Below are positions 36,511 through 46,403 of a stretch of 64,000 nucleotides of DNA, in pieces. Numbering within the stretch: the stretch's first letter is position 1; every line of letters begins with the position of its first letter. Below the pieces are notes generated by a model. That model saw only the letters and a list, made by a program, of their open reading frames with translations. It was not told where the DNA came from and searched no databases. Location: positions 1 to 64,000 of IMG/VR virus record IMGVR_UViG_3300042465_004839. One strand, 5' to 3'. The stretch is from a virus. A program made the translations under genes and the position numbers.

Positions 36511-39500
36511 ATGCCAGATAAAATAAAAGAAGCATTTACTGCTATAAACGACAAAGAATTATTTTTAGACGAACAAGACTTTAGGGATAATGTAATGAAA
36601 GACCCAAAAGGAACATTTGAAGCATTAAATAATTATGGTAAAACTAAAGGATTTTTTTTAGATTATGGAGATTTTGAAAGTGCTTTAGATTTAAAAAAAA
36701 AAGAGCCTACAGCACCATCTATACCAAATTTTTCAACAAGTTTGGGAGGGGATATGCAACCTTTGCCAAGTGGTGCAAAAAATATTTCCCAATCACCATT
36801 ACAATCGAATATAAAAACAGAGTTTCCGACATACATTGACCCTACAAAACCTTTAAAAACAAAAGAGGTTATAGATGTAAATGCGGAGAAGAAACCTTTT
36901 GATAGTGAAGTAATAAGAAAAGAAAGAGAGGTAAGATTAGGTACACATAGAGAAAAGATAATGTCTTCTATTGTTAAAGAACCTGACTTATATACTAAAA
37001 AAGCATCTAAGTCACATTATGGAACTATAGCAGTACCAGAAATGCCTAACATTGATAACATATCAAAGGCAATAGATTACTATGCAACAAAATTAGTTAA
37101 ACAAGGTGAATACCTTAGCCCACTTGATAAACAATATTTAGTAAATAGTGTTGCTCAACAAGTAAAACAAAGGAAAAATATTGCAGATGCAGCAGCAAAT
37201 GCAAGTCTTAGAGCAATAAACAGAAAAGAATTACCTGAATACGCTTACACAGGCGTAACTAATGCTAAAGGAGAAGTGTTAGTAAAAGGACTTTTTCAAG
37301 AAGCAAACGAAAAAATAATCAACGAACAAAATAAGGAAGTTGACAATTACAAAATAAATTCTGAAAATTTAACAAAAACAGTAGCAACAGAAGTTGCCCC
37401 AGAAGTAAATGCTTTAAAACTTGATGTTAAAGCCAAAGCAGAAATATTAAATCAAGAGGTAGAAACTGCTTTTAATAAATCATTTAACGAAAAAGACAAA
37501 GCTATGTATGACCAATACAATCAATTGGTTCAAAGTGGGCAAATGACTCCTGATGTAGCAAATAATGCTTTAAAAATAAAAAGAGAAGAATTACAAAAGC
37601 AGACACAAGCAGAGATAAGTGCTGCCTATGCTCCTAAGTTTGATGCATTAAATAAAGAATCTAACTTAAAATCAAAAGACATACAAAGTACATATAACAG
37701 AAACTACTTAGCAAAAGCAAACTTACTAAAAGAAACTACTAACAAAAAACTTCAAGAAATAGCCCAAAAAAATATGGTAAATATGCCTAAAGGGTATATG
37801 GAAAGATGGGCAAAGGATTTTCAAGAAAGTTTAGCTGAAATAGAAAAGAAAAACGTAAATCAAGCTTATTTAGATGCTAAAAGAATGCCAGCAGAGGCAA
37901 GATTAGCAAAAGCAGTTTCTTTTGGGTTTGGTAATGTATTAGGCTCAATAGGAGGGGCTATGTCATTTGCAGGATTAGATGCAAGTGCAGTAAACGATGT
38001 AGTTATTAAAACTACAATGCAAAATGAACTTACAAGTAGTGCGTATTACCGAATTAAAGATGAAGAAGCAAAAGCAAATGGAACTCCACACGCTAATTTT
38101 GTAGAGAAACTTTCTGATCCTTCTTGGTGGTATGATAATATGGGAAGTACCGCACCATTTATGTTAGTAACTATGCCAGTAGGTATAGCATCAGGTTATG
38201 GGGCAGGCTCTATAGCAAAATTATTAGGAGCGAGTAAAAGAGCAACAGCTATTGCAAGTGCAGTAGGTGGTGGTGCAGTAAGTTGGTATGGAGAAAACAC
38301 ATTAGAGGCAGGAAGTGCATTTAACGATGCTATTAATCAAGGGTACTCAGAAAACGATGCATCAGAAATAGCAGCAAGAACATTTAGAAATAACATAATA
38401 ACATTACCTCTAAGTGTATTCCAGCTAATGCCAGTATTTAGTAAATCATTTAAATTTACTAAAGCATTACCGTTAGAAATAATTTCTGGAGGTGTTGAAG
38501 AAGTGTTTCAAGGTTGGTCACAAGCTGAAGCAAATGCAGCAGCAAATGGGTATGATGTAAGTTTATTTGAGTATGCTAAAACCCCACAAGCATTAGAGGA
38601 GGGAACTATTGGAGGTGCGATGCAAGCAGGTATGGCAATGTTTGCATTAAATGAAACTCCAAATATTGACAAACAAATATCTGCATTAATGAGTTCTATA
38701 AGTGTAGGTGGCGAACAGTATGCAAGAGCAGTATTGGATGTAATGAACAAGAATCAAGCCATTACAGATGCTGAATTTAAAGAAGCTAACCTACAAATAG
38801 ACTACATCTTAAATGGTATTGAAAGTGTTCAAAACTTTAATGTAGACGACAATTTAAAGGCAGGATTAGTAGGTAAATTTGCTAAAATAGGCAGAGCAAA
38901 GGCATTAATTACAGATGATGAGAATGACTTGGCAAGTCAAGCTGCAAAAGAAATGATTGCAGAGCAAGAGAAGGATATAAAAGAAATTTTAAAAGGTAAT
39001 ACACCTTTATATTTAGTATTCCAAAAAGGGAATCCAATACCAACTTTAGCAAGTGAAGAGCAGTTTAACACAATACTAAAAGACCCAAAACTAAGAGAGG
39101 AATTTACATTACAAGCAATAAATGATGATGCATTGCAAAGTAAAATAGATGAAACATATAAAACAGGAGTAGTAACAGAAGAAGAAACAATAAATGCAGA
39201 ACAAGAAATTATACCAGCAACTGAAACCCCTGCTGCACCACCTAGCGGTGTTAGTGGTGAGGTACAGGCATCTGGTGATGTAGAAGCAAATATAGCCAAC
39301 AGAAAAAGAAAAGATTTATTCCCTGACAAATCAAGATTTGCTAATGACGTAGGTCAAAGTGGAGAAAACTCTCAAATATCATCATACAAAGAAGTAAATG
39401 GAATTGGATTATCAGAATATTCTAATCCTAAAAATGGTTTAGTAGATGTTATAATGACAGGAACTTCTGATAATGATTATGTTGGATACATAAGAATATA

Positions 39501-42500
39501 CGAAAACGGCAAGCCAACAAATAGATGGACATCTAAAATGTCAAACAAATCTGGCAATAAAGGCAACTTTAAAACCATGATAACAGAAGCTCAAAAATTA
39601 CTTCCAGAGGGTCACGAATATACTGAAACTACAAATATATCTTTAGATGGTTTAAGGGTTTATGCTAACAGTTTAAGCAGAGATTATGAAATAGCTACTG
39701 ATGAAGATGGAAAACCTATAACAAATAATGTTGAATTAAATAATGCAACATTAGCAGCACTACAAGGCGCAAAAAATCAACAAGAAACTGAAGATTTGTT
39801 TGACACTAAACGAGGAATTACAAGAGATGAATTTAATCAAATAAAAGAGCAAGTAAATAAATTATTGCCAAATACAAGATTATTATTTGACACGGCAAAT
39901 GGAATTGTAACAATACAATTACCTGTACTAAAATCAACTAAAAAACAATTAACAACTAACGAACAACAAAAAGCATCTAAAAAAGTTGCTGAAGTAACTC
40001 CTAAAGAAGGCGACAGCGTTATTATAAAATCACGTTTTGGTCGTGATGAAAAGTTGGTATTTAATAAAGGAGAGTGGAGAGTACAATTTGGTAAAGATGA
40101 ATTTAGTGATATTGGTAAGGCTGCTCAACAAGAAGCTCAAGATGCATTTAATAAAAAGAATGAACCTGTTGCTGAGGTTAAGGAACAAGCACCTGTAGTT
40201 AAGGAACAAGCTCCTAATAGGGCAGAAGGAAATGTTAAAGTAAAATCTTTTAAACAAGGAGATGGCGGAACAAAAGGAGTTTTTGAAGGAGAAGATGGTA
40301 AACTTTATAAATCTATTGAGCCACAAGAATCAGTTCAAGACAAAGAAGGAAACTTTAAGCGTCAAACCATTAAAGATACACTAACAGACGAGCATAAAAT
40401 ATTGTCTGAACTTCAAGATAACCCTCATGTACCTAAAGTAGGTAAAATTGTAGATACTACGGAAGGCAAAGCTTTTGAAATAGAAAAATTAGATGAAGTT
40501 GATACTTTTACTAAAGATGAGTATAGGGAAATTCAAAAAATACTAAATGACTTAAACGACAAAGGTTATCATGTAGGAGATAGAGTTACTGTTATGAAAC
40601 GCCCAAAAACAGGCGAACTTGTTATTATTGATTTTTCTGCTGGGTACAAAGGAAGTAGAATGTCAAGAGATGCCGATGAATATATGGGTGACGTAGCAAA
40701 GAAACTAAGTAAATCTGATGCTATAAATATTAAATTAGAAGACTTGTCAGAAATAAATAGAGAACAAGCAGATGCTTTTTTTGACAAAGAATCAACTACT
40801 GAATACTACTTAACACAAAGACCTCCAAGCATAGGAACACACCCAACAGAAGGATTATTATCGGTTAACGAAGCAGAATATAGAAACAGAAAAAATGTTT
40901 ATATACTTAAATATGATAGAAAACTTACACCAAACGAAATAGCTAACTTTGAACTAACTCCTAAAGTAACAAATAAAGAATTTTTAGGTCAAAAAATATT
41001 AGGTGTATATGGTAAAGTTCCATTTTATGTAACTAAAATAGATTACAAAAATGGAACTGTAAAAATGGCTGCGGAGGTAGTTGGAAAAGAAGTAGAAAAA
41101 GAAATTTCTTTTAGGGAGTTTAGTAAAAATATAGACGAAGGTAAATATAAAGTAGAAACACCCAAAGAAGAAAAACCTGTTAAGGAACAAAAAGAGCCTG
41201 TTAAGGAACAAACTGAAAAAGAAAAGGCTAAAGAAAAGGCTAAGGAAGAATTAAGAGCAAGAGCAGCAAAAGCTAAAGCTGAGGCTATTAGTGCTGCACA
41301 AAAAGTTCAACAAGCATTAGAGGCAACAGGAATAACTGTTGAAGTAGTTGATAGTGAGCAAGAGTTCCAAGATAAATTAGATGCTGAGGGTGTTAATAGA
41401 GCAAGTTCAGCAGGTAAAAGCGGTGTATTTATATCTAAGTCAGGTAAAATATTTATTAACGGTAGCAAGGTTGATGCTAACTGGGGTAGTGTAGATGTAT
41501 GGCACGAAGGAACTCACCCTATTATTAACATAATAAGGAACACAAACCCTAAACTATACAATTCAATAATAGATGGACTAAATAAATTAGTTACAAGTAA
41601 TCCAGAGATTGCTGATGTTTTAAAGTGGGCGCAAAAAAATTATAAAGGCAAAAACACTTTAGAGGATGAAACTATAACTGAAACCATAGCAAGAATAGCA
41701 AATGGCAATATAGATATATCAAAGATACCTACATCATTAAGAGATAAGATAATAGATTTCATTAATGAGATTGCTAAGTCATTAGGAATAAAACCTATGT
41801 TCAAAAGTTCTAATGTTGCAACATTTAAAAAGATAGCAGGCGAAATATCTGCTGCACTTAAAGAAGGTAAAGATATTAGTAGTATAGTAGGTGCAGAAAA
41901 TGTTAAGAATTATGAGTCAAAAATAACAATAGAAGACTCAGAGTCTTATGTTAAAAAAGCAAATGAATCAGAAACATCAGAAGGTATTAATAATGAAAAT
42001 ATATCTATTAGCGATATAAGCGGTAACTCTAGAAAAGGCATTCAGTTTTCAAAAGGCAAGGAAAGAACCGAAGAGAAAGCTAAAGAAACAGTTGAAGATA
42101 AAATCAAGGCAGAAACAATAAAAGCAGTAAAAAAATCTATATTAGACTACAAAAGTTTAAAAGGTAAAATATCAAGAACACTATTTTATGATAACACAAG
42201 GGTTGGTTCTTTAGAAATAAAAAACAGAATTACAGGATACACTCCACCTGTTATGGGTAAGGGTGGCTTCTTTTATTCTTATATGCCTAGTTCTTTAAAA
42301 AATAAAGCAGTATTAGCATTTACAAGTATTAACCAAGCCATACAAACCTTAAAGAGGCAAATGCTATACCCTGATGGGTTACAGGCTATTGCTGCTCAAA
42401 ATTTTCAAACTGCACATCTTGGGAATAAGTCTACCTTAGAAGCATTGTTTGGGAAAAGTGGTTCTGAAAATTTAGGCATATTTCAAGACTCTGTAAAAGA

Positions 42501-45500
42501 TGTAAAAAACAATCCGAATGGGGAAGCTGAGTTGCTAGAAACATTGAAAAAAGCAACAATAGATATTGCCAATCAAAAAGTGCAGTCAGGAGTTAATGAA
42601 GGCAAGCCAACGGCATCAGCAGAAGAGATAAAAAAAATAATAGAAAGAAATGGAGGAAATTTAGATGGTATAAAATCACTTGATGATTATAGGGATAAAG
42701 TTTTGACATTTACAGGAGGTGACTCATTTGGAGCAAGAAATATATTATTTACTGAAGTACTTCAAGAAAAACCAACAAAAATAACTAAATCCACAAGGGA
42801 ATCTCACCAAATAATACATTATAAGTATGGCATTCCTACCTTATCTGAAATAGCCGAAGGTAATAATCAAAGTGAACTAAATAATGCCGAAACAGGAGAT
42901 GTTGTTAAATTTGTAAAGCCATACACAGACCCTGTTGTATACACTACTGACAAAAAAATATATAAACAATACTCTGAAAATCCAACGCCTGAAATGGTTG
43001 AGAATGGCATTAAAATAAAGTTATTGCCTAAAGATGCTGCACACGAATCTTATGCTTTTGTTTTAAAAGGTGAAAACGTAGGTTTGTTAGACAACTACAT
43101 TTCAGCCACTCAGTTATATGAAAAAAATGAAAAAATAGCCAACACCCCTAAAAAGCAAAGTTTTTATAAAGTGGGAAGGATGCCTGCAAATGCAGAGGCT
43201 GGAGTGTATCCAGAAAACCCCATTGCTCAGGGAAAGGCTCAATACTCACAAGGGAACAGAGATGCTGTTGCAAATAAGAATACAGAAAAAAATAATATTA
43301 TAATAAAAGATAATAACATAGAGGGCAAACTTCTTAACAATCAAGAGTCACAAAAATTACAAAAAGAAATTGAATCTAAATATAATGACTCAGGAATACA
43401 AAAATTTGGACAAGAAAATGAAGATATACGTCAGAATTTATATAACTATGATAACCCATTAGCAGAAAAAGATGTAAATGGGATTAATATAAGAATTGCA
43501 GAGGGATTATTAGAGGGAGATAAATATTCTGGAAACAGGAAAAAAACTTATTTGTTATATGCAGATGGTAAGATAGCAGGTAAATTCTATTCTGTAGCAG
43601 ATGCAAAAAAAGTTGTAAGTTTTATTGAGCAAAACTTAATAAAACCAAAATCATTAGCACCAAGTAATCCTCAATACTCTCAAGGTAACAGAGATGCTGT
43701 TGCTAATGAAAACTTAATAAATGGATTCTATTCACCATTAGAGAAAACAATTAACGATTCTAAGCAAGATAAGATGCCTGCTAAACAATGGATAGAAAAG
43801 TTTGCTAAAGGTGAAGAAGCTAAATGGACAGGACTAACTGATTGGTTAAGCTCTCAAACAGGCTCGGTATCTAAAGCAGATATTCAGCAATACTTAAAGG
43901 ACAATAGAATAGAAATTGAGGAAAAAGTTAAAGGAAGTTCTGATTGGATTAAAGAAGGTAAATCATATTTTTCACAAAATAAAAAATATGAAATAAGAGA
44001 TTTAGGTGATAATGAATATACAGTAATTAAAGATGGCAGATATAATTTAGGTAGTCGTGATGGTCTTGAAAGGGCTAAAGAACTTGCATTTGAAGATGGA
44101 TATTCAAATGAAGAAGATATAAATAATGACACTAACTTTGGCAACCGACCTGATTTACAATTAGAAGGAGAGAAAGAAAATTACAAAGAGATATTGGTGA
44201 CGTTGCCAAATAAAGAAGCAATAAAAGAATCTGAAATTGAAGAAAAAAGACGAAAAGCTGGAATTATGGATAATTTTAACTTTGAAACAATGGGTTATAA
44301 TGATACTCGAAATGTTCCAAAGTTTGTATCATCTCACTTTGATGAACCCAACATACTCGTTCATTTAAGGATGAATACTCGTATAGATTCAAATGGTAAT
44401 AAAGTATTGTTAATTGAAGAAGCACAAAGCGATTGGGGTCAAACAGGGAAAAAGAAAGGGTTTAAACCAACTTTTGAAATTAGAAACGAAAAAGGTATGT
44501 TCAATGTTTATTCTTCTGTAAACAATATGAAAGAACCTGCATTTTCTTTTGATACAAAGGAAGATGCAAATAAAATGCTTGAAACTTTAAATAAAACAAA
44601 TGAAAGTAAAGTTCCAACTGCACCATTTGTAATGGACACAAATGCATGGGCTAAACTTGGTTTAAAGGTAGCATTAAAAGAAGCAGTTGCACAAGGAGTT
44701 GATAAGATTGCTTGGACTACTGGAGAGCAACAAAATGATAGGTATGATTTAAGCAAACAAGTTGATGAAATCAATTACAGTAAAAATTCAGATGGAACTT
44801 ATGATGTATCCGCCAACAAAAATGACAACCAAGTATTTGACAAGTCTTACATAAAAGAAAATGAATTAGAGGGAATAGTAGGCAAAGAAGTTGCTCAAAG
44901 AATAATAAACAATGAGGGTAAAGAACCGGTAAGGGGTAGTGGTAATTATAAAAAATCATTAAGTGGTGATGGATTAAAAGTTGGCGGTAAAGGAATGAAA
45001 GGCTTTTACGGATCACCAACAGAAGGTAAATTAGGTATAGTAGGTGAGGTTGCTAAGAGTTTGTTTAAGCAAGAACCGAAAACGGTAAGTATAGAAGGAA
45101 TATTAAGTTTTAATGTTTACGATAATAAAGATGGGAATTTGCAAGGTAATTTTGCCGACTTTAATTCTGCAAAAGAATTTGCAAAAAAAATAGATGGTAG
45201 TGTTCAAAAAACAAATATTTCAACTCAAAATTCAATAGACATAACACCAGAGTTAAAAGCACAAGTTGAAGAAGGTCTGCCTCAATTCTCGCAAGGGAGT
45301 AGAGATATACAATCTCTTGTAGATATAATTACAGAAACTCAAGAAAAAGGACAATTAGATGATAATGAAATAGCAGAAACTTTAGAAGCTTCTTACTCTA
45401 AAGAAGAAATTCAAGAAGCATTTGATTATATCAATAACCCACCTATAAATGAGCCTACTGCAACAGAAACTGTAGAACCATCTAAAGTTGAATCTGAAAA

Positions 45501-45750
45501 AGTAGTTAATTCATTAAACACAGCAGAAGTAGAGGCGGTAGCAAAAGCTTTAGCAAAGGAAGAAAAGAAAGGATTTGATAAAACCAATAATACCGAAAGG
45601 AATAATGCAAGGAATAAAGAAGCAGAAAAGGAATTAAAGGATTTGGAAAATGCTGCTACCGTACTTGCTATAACTCAAAATATAAATGAGATTAGAGCAA
45701 AATTACTCGAAAATGGTAACATAAAAACTATTGACTGTAAATGGGGATAA
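36511..45750 (+). CDS. Giant polyvalent ejection protein
   Basis: Coiled coil + Gly/Ala hydrophobic region, followed by GNAT-like, kinase-like, DarA_C-like, zincin HEGTH and EEAQSDW domains. Confidence 0.75.
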   Translation: MPDKIKEAFTAINDKELFLDEQDFRDNVMKDPKGTFEALNNYGKTKGFFLDYGDFESALDLKKKEPTAPSIPNFSTSLGGDMQPLPSGAKNISQSPLQSNIKTEFPTYIDPTKPLKTKEVIDVNAEKKPFDSEVIRKEREVRLGTHREKIMSSIVKEPDLYTKKASKSHYGTIAVPEMPNIDNISKAIDYYATKLVKQGEYLSPLDKQYLVNSVAQQVKQRKNIADAAANASLRAINRKELPEYAYTGVTNAKGEVLVKGLFQEANEKIINEQNKEVDNYKINSENLTKTVATEVAPEVNALKLDVKAKAEILNQEVETAFNKSFNEKDKAMYDQYNQLVQSGQMTPDVANNALKIKREELQKQTQAEISAAYAPKFDALNKESNLKSKDIQSTYNRNYLAKANLLKETTNKKLQEIAQKNMVNMPKGYMERWAKDFQESLAEIEKKNVNQAYLDAKRMPAEARLAKAVSFGFGNVLGSIGGAMSFAGLDASAVNDVVIKTTMQNELTSSAYYRIKDEEAKANGTPHANFVEKLSDPSWWYDNMGSTAPFMLVTMPVGIASGYGAGSIAKLLGASKRATAIASAVGGGAVSWYGENTLEAGSAFNDAINQGYSENDASEIAARTFRNNIITLPLSVFQLMPVFSKSFKFTKALPLEIISGGVEEVFQGWSQAEANAAANGYDVSLFEYAKTPQALEEGTIGGAMQAGMAMFALNETPNIDKQISALMSSISVGGEQYARAVLDVMNKNQAITDAEFKEANLQIDYILNGIESVQNFNVDDNLKAGLVGKFAKIGRAKALITDDENDLASQAAKEMIAEQEKDIKEILKGNTPLYLVFQKGNPIPTLASEEQFNTILKDPKLREEFTLQAINDDALQSKIDETYKTGVVTEEETINAEQEIIPATETPAAPPSGVSGEVQASGDVEANIANRKRKDLFPDKSRFANDVGQSGENSQISSYKEVNGIGLSEYSNPKNGLVDVIMTGTSDNDYVGYIRIYENGKPTNRWTSKMSNKSGNKGNFKTMITEAQKLLPEGHEYTETTNISLDGLRVYANSLSRDYEIATDEDGKPITNNVELNNATLAALQGAKNQQETEDLFDTKRGITRDEFNQIKEQVNKLLPNTRLLFDTANGIVTIQLPVLKSTKKQLTTNEQQKASKKVAEVTPKEGDSVIIKSRFGRDEKLVFNKGEWRVQFGKDEFSDIGKAAQQEAQDAFNKKNEPVAEVKEQAPVVKEQAPNRAEGNVKVKSFKQGDGGTKGVFEGEDGKLYKSIEPQESVQDKEGNFKRQTIKDTLTDEHKILSELQDNPHVPKVGKIVDTTEGKAFEIEKLDEVDTFTKDEYREIQKILNDLNDKGYHVGDRVTVMKRPKTGELVIIDFSAGYKGSRMSRDADEYMGDVAKKLSKSDAINIKLEDLSEINREQADAFFDKESTTEYYLTQRPPSIGTHPTEGLLSVNEAEYRNRKNVYILKYDRKLTPNEIANFELTPKVTNKEFLGQKILGVYGKVPFYVTKIDYKNGTVKMAAEVVGKEVEKEISFREFSKNIDEGKYKVETPKEEKPVKEQKEPVKEQTEKEKAKEKAKEELRARAAKAKAEAISAAQKVQQALEATGITVEVVDSEQEFQDKLDAEGVNRASSAGKSGVFISKSGKIFINGSKVDANWGSVDVWHEGTHPIINIIRNTNPKLYNSIIDGLNKLVTSNPEIADVLKWAQKNYKGKNTLEDETITETIARIANGNIDISKIPTSLRDKIIDFINEIAKSLGIKPMFKSSNVATFKKIAGEISAALKEGKDISSIVGAENVKNYESKITIEDSESYVKKANESETSEGINNENISISDISGNSRKGIQFSKGKERTEEKAKETVEDKIKAETIKAVKKSILDYKSLKGKISRTLFYDNTRVGSLEIKNRITGYTPPVMGKGGFFYSYMPSSLKNKAVLAFTSINQAIQTLKRQMLYPDGLQAIAAQNFQTAHLGNKSTLEALFGKSGSENLGIFQDSVKDVKNNPNGEAELLETLKKATIDIANQKVQSGVNEGKPTASAEEIKKIIERNGGNLDGIKSLDDYRDKVLTFTGGDSFGARNILFTEVLQEKPTKITKSTRESHQIIHYKYGIPTLSEIAEGNNQSELNNAETGDVVKFVKPYTDPVVYTTDKKIYKQYSENPTPEMVENGIKIKLLPKDAAHESYAFVLKGENVGLLDNYISATQLYEKNEKIANTPKKQSFYKVGRMPANAEAGVYPENPIAQGKAQYSQGNRDAVANKNTEKNNIIIKDNNIEGKLLNNQESQKLQKEIESKYNDSGIQKFGQENEDIRQNLYNYDNPLAEKDVNGINIRIAEGLLEGDKYSGNRKKTYLLYADGKIAGKFYSVADAKKVVSFIEQNLIKPKSLAPSNPQYSQGNRDAVANENLINGFYSPLEKTINDSKQDKMPAKQWIEKFAKGEEAKWTGLTDWLSSQTGSVSKADIQQYLKDNRIEIEEKVKGSSDWIKEGKSYFSQNKKYEIRDLGDNEYTVIKDGRYNLGSRDGLERAKELAFEDGYSNEEDINNDTNFGNRPDLQLEGEKENYKEILVTLPNKEAIKESEIEEKRRKAGIMDNFNFETMGYNDTRNVPKFVSSHFDEPNILVHLRMNTRIDSNGNKVLLIEEAQSDWGQTGKKKGFKPTFEIRNEKGMFNVYSSVNNMKEPAFSFDTKEDANKMLETLNKTNESKVPTAPFVMDTNAWAKLGLKVALKEAVAQGVDKIAWTTGEQQNDRYDLSKQVDEINYSKNSDGTYDVSANKNDNQVFDKSYIKENELEGIVGKEVAQRIINNEGKEPVRGSGNYKKSLSGDGLKVGGKGMKGFYGSPTEGKLGIVGEVAKSLFKQEPKTVSIEGILSFNVYDNKDGNLQGNFADFNSAKEFAKKIDGSVQKTNISTQNSIDITPELKAQVEEGLPQFSQGSRDIQSLVDIITETQEKGQLDDNEIAETLEASYSKEEIQEAFDYINNPPINEPTATETVEPSKVESEKVVNSLNTAEVEAVAKALAKEEKKGFDKTNNTERNNARNKEAEKELKDLENAATVLAITQNINEIRAKLLENGNIKTIDCKWG
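43238..43707 (+). repeat. 38-bp in-frame direct repeat pair (QYSQGNRDAVAN)
   Basis: 43238-43275 vs 43670-43707, 35/38 identical; third partial copy at 45281-45306. Confidence 0.9.
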
Positions 45751-45796
45751 AAATGAAAATTAGGAATTTATTGTTAAAAATAGGTATATTTGCAAT

Positions 45797-46285
45797 ATGA
45801 AATACGAAATACCAAAGAAGGCAATGGCAATTGTAGATAGTTTAGCAAAATTAGAGTTAGGGCAAACCTCTTTCTATAAAAGACTTGCTCAACAAGCTAA
45901 CAAAACAGGCTTTCTGTTAGCAGAAAAATACTTTGTAGCAGAAAGTATAGAAGAGAATGAACACTTTTTAGGATGGCAAAACTATGTTAATGGTAGAGGA
46001 AATGACTTTTCCATACCAAGTATTGAAGAGTATGATATAGAGGCTAAAGACTTAACTGAACTAATAAACCTAAGTTTAGAGAAAGAGATAGATGTTAGTA
46101 TGGCTTACAACGAAGCGTACAGCGAACTGTTATCATTAGATGTACCAACTGCTATAAAAGTAACAAAATACATTAAAATTCAAACATTAGCAGTAGCAAT
46201 ATACAAAGACTACGCAGCAACATTTAGTGGATTAGACAAAAGTGGACAGTTAGTAGCTGAACACACTATTTTTGAGGAAAACTAA
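45797..46285 (+). CDS. Non-haem ferritin-like protein
   Basis: E..Y..EENEH..E..Q ferroxidase pattern; YVNGRG. Confidence 0.8.
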   Translation: MKYEIPKKAMAIVDSLAKLELGQTSFYKRLAQQANKTGFLLAEKYFVAESIEENEHFLGWQNYVNGRGNDFSIPSIEEYDIEAKDLTELINLSLEKEIDVSMAYNEAYSELLSLDVPTAIKVTKYIKIQTLAVAIYKDYAATFSGLDKSGQLVAEHTIFEEN

Positions 46286-46309
46286 TAACACATTACAATT
46301 TTTAATAAT

Positions 46310-46356
46310 GCTCACCATGCCTCTCAACGATGCACACTTTGGTGGGCTTTTTTTTT
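46310..46356 (+). terminator. Intrinsic terminator after ferritin
   Basis: GCTCACCA/TGGTGGGC stem with a large structured loop, T9. Confidence 0.75.
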
Positions 46357-46403
46357 GTTATAAAAAAGACTAAATTTGTTACTTTAAATAAACATAATAA
46401 TCA

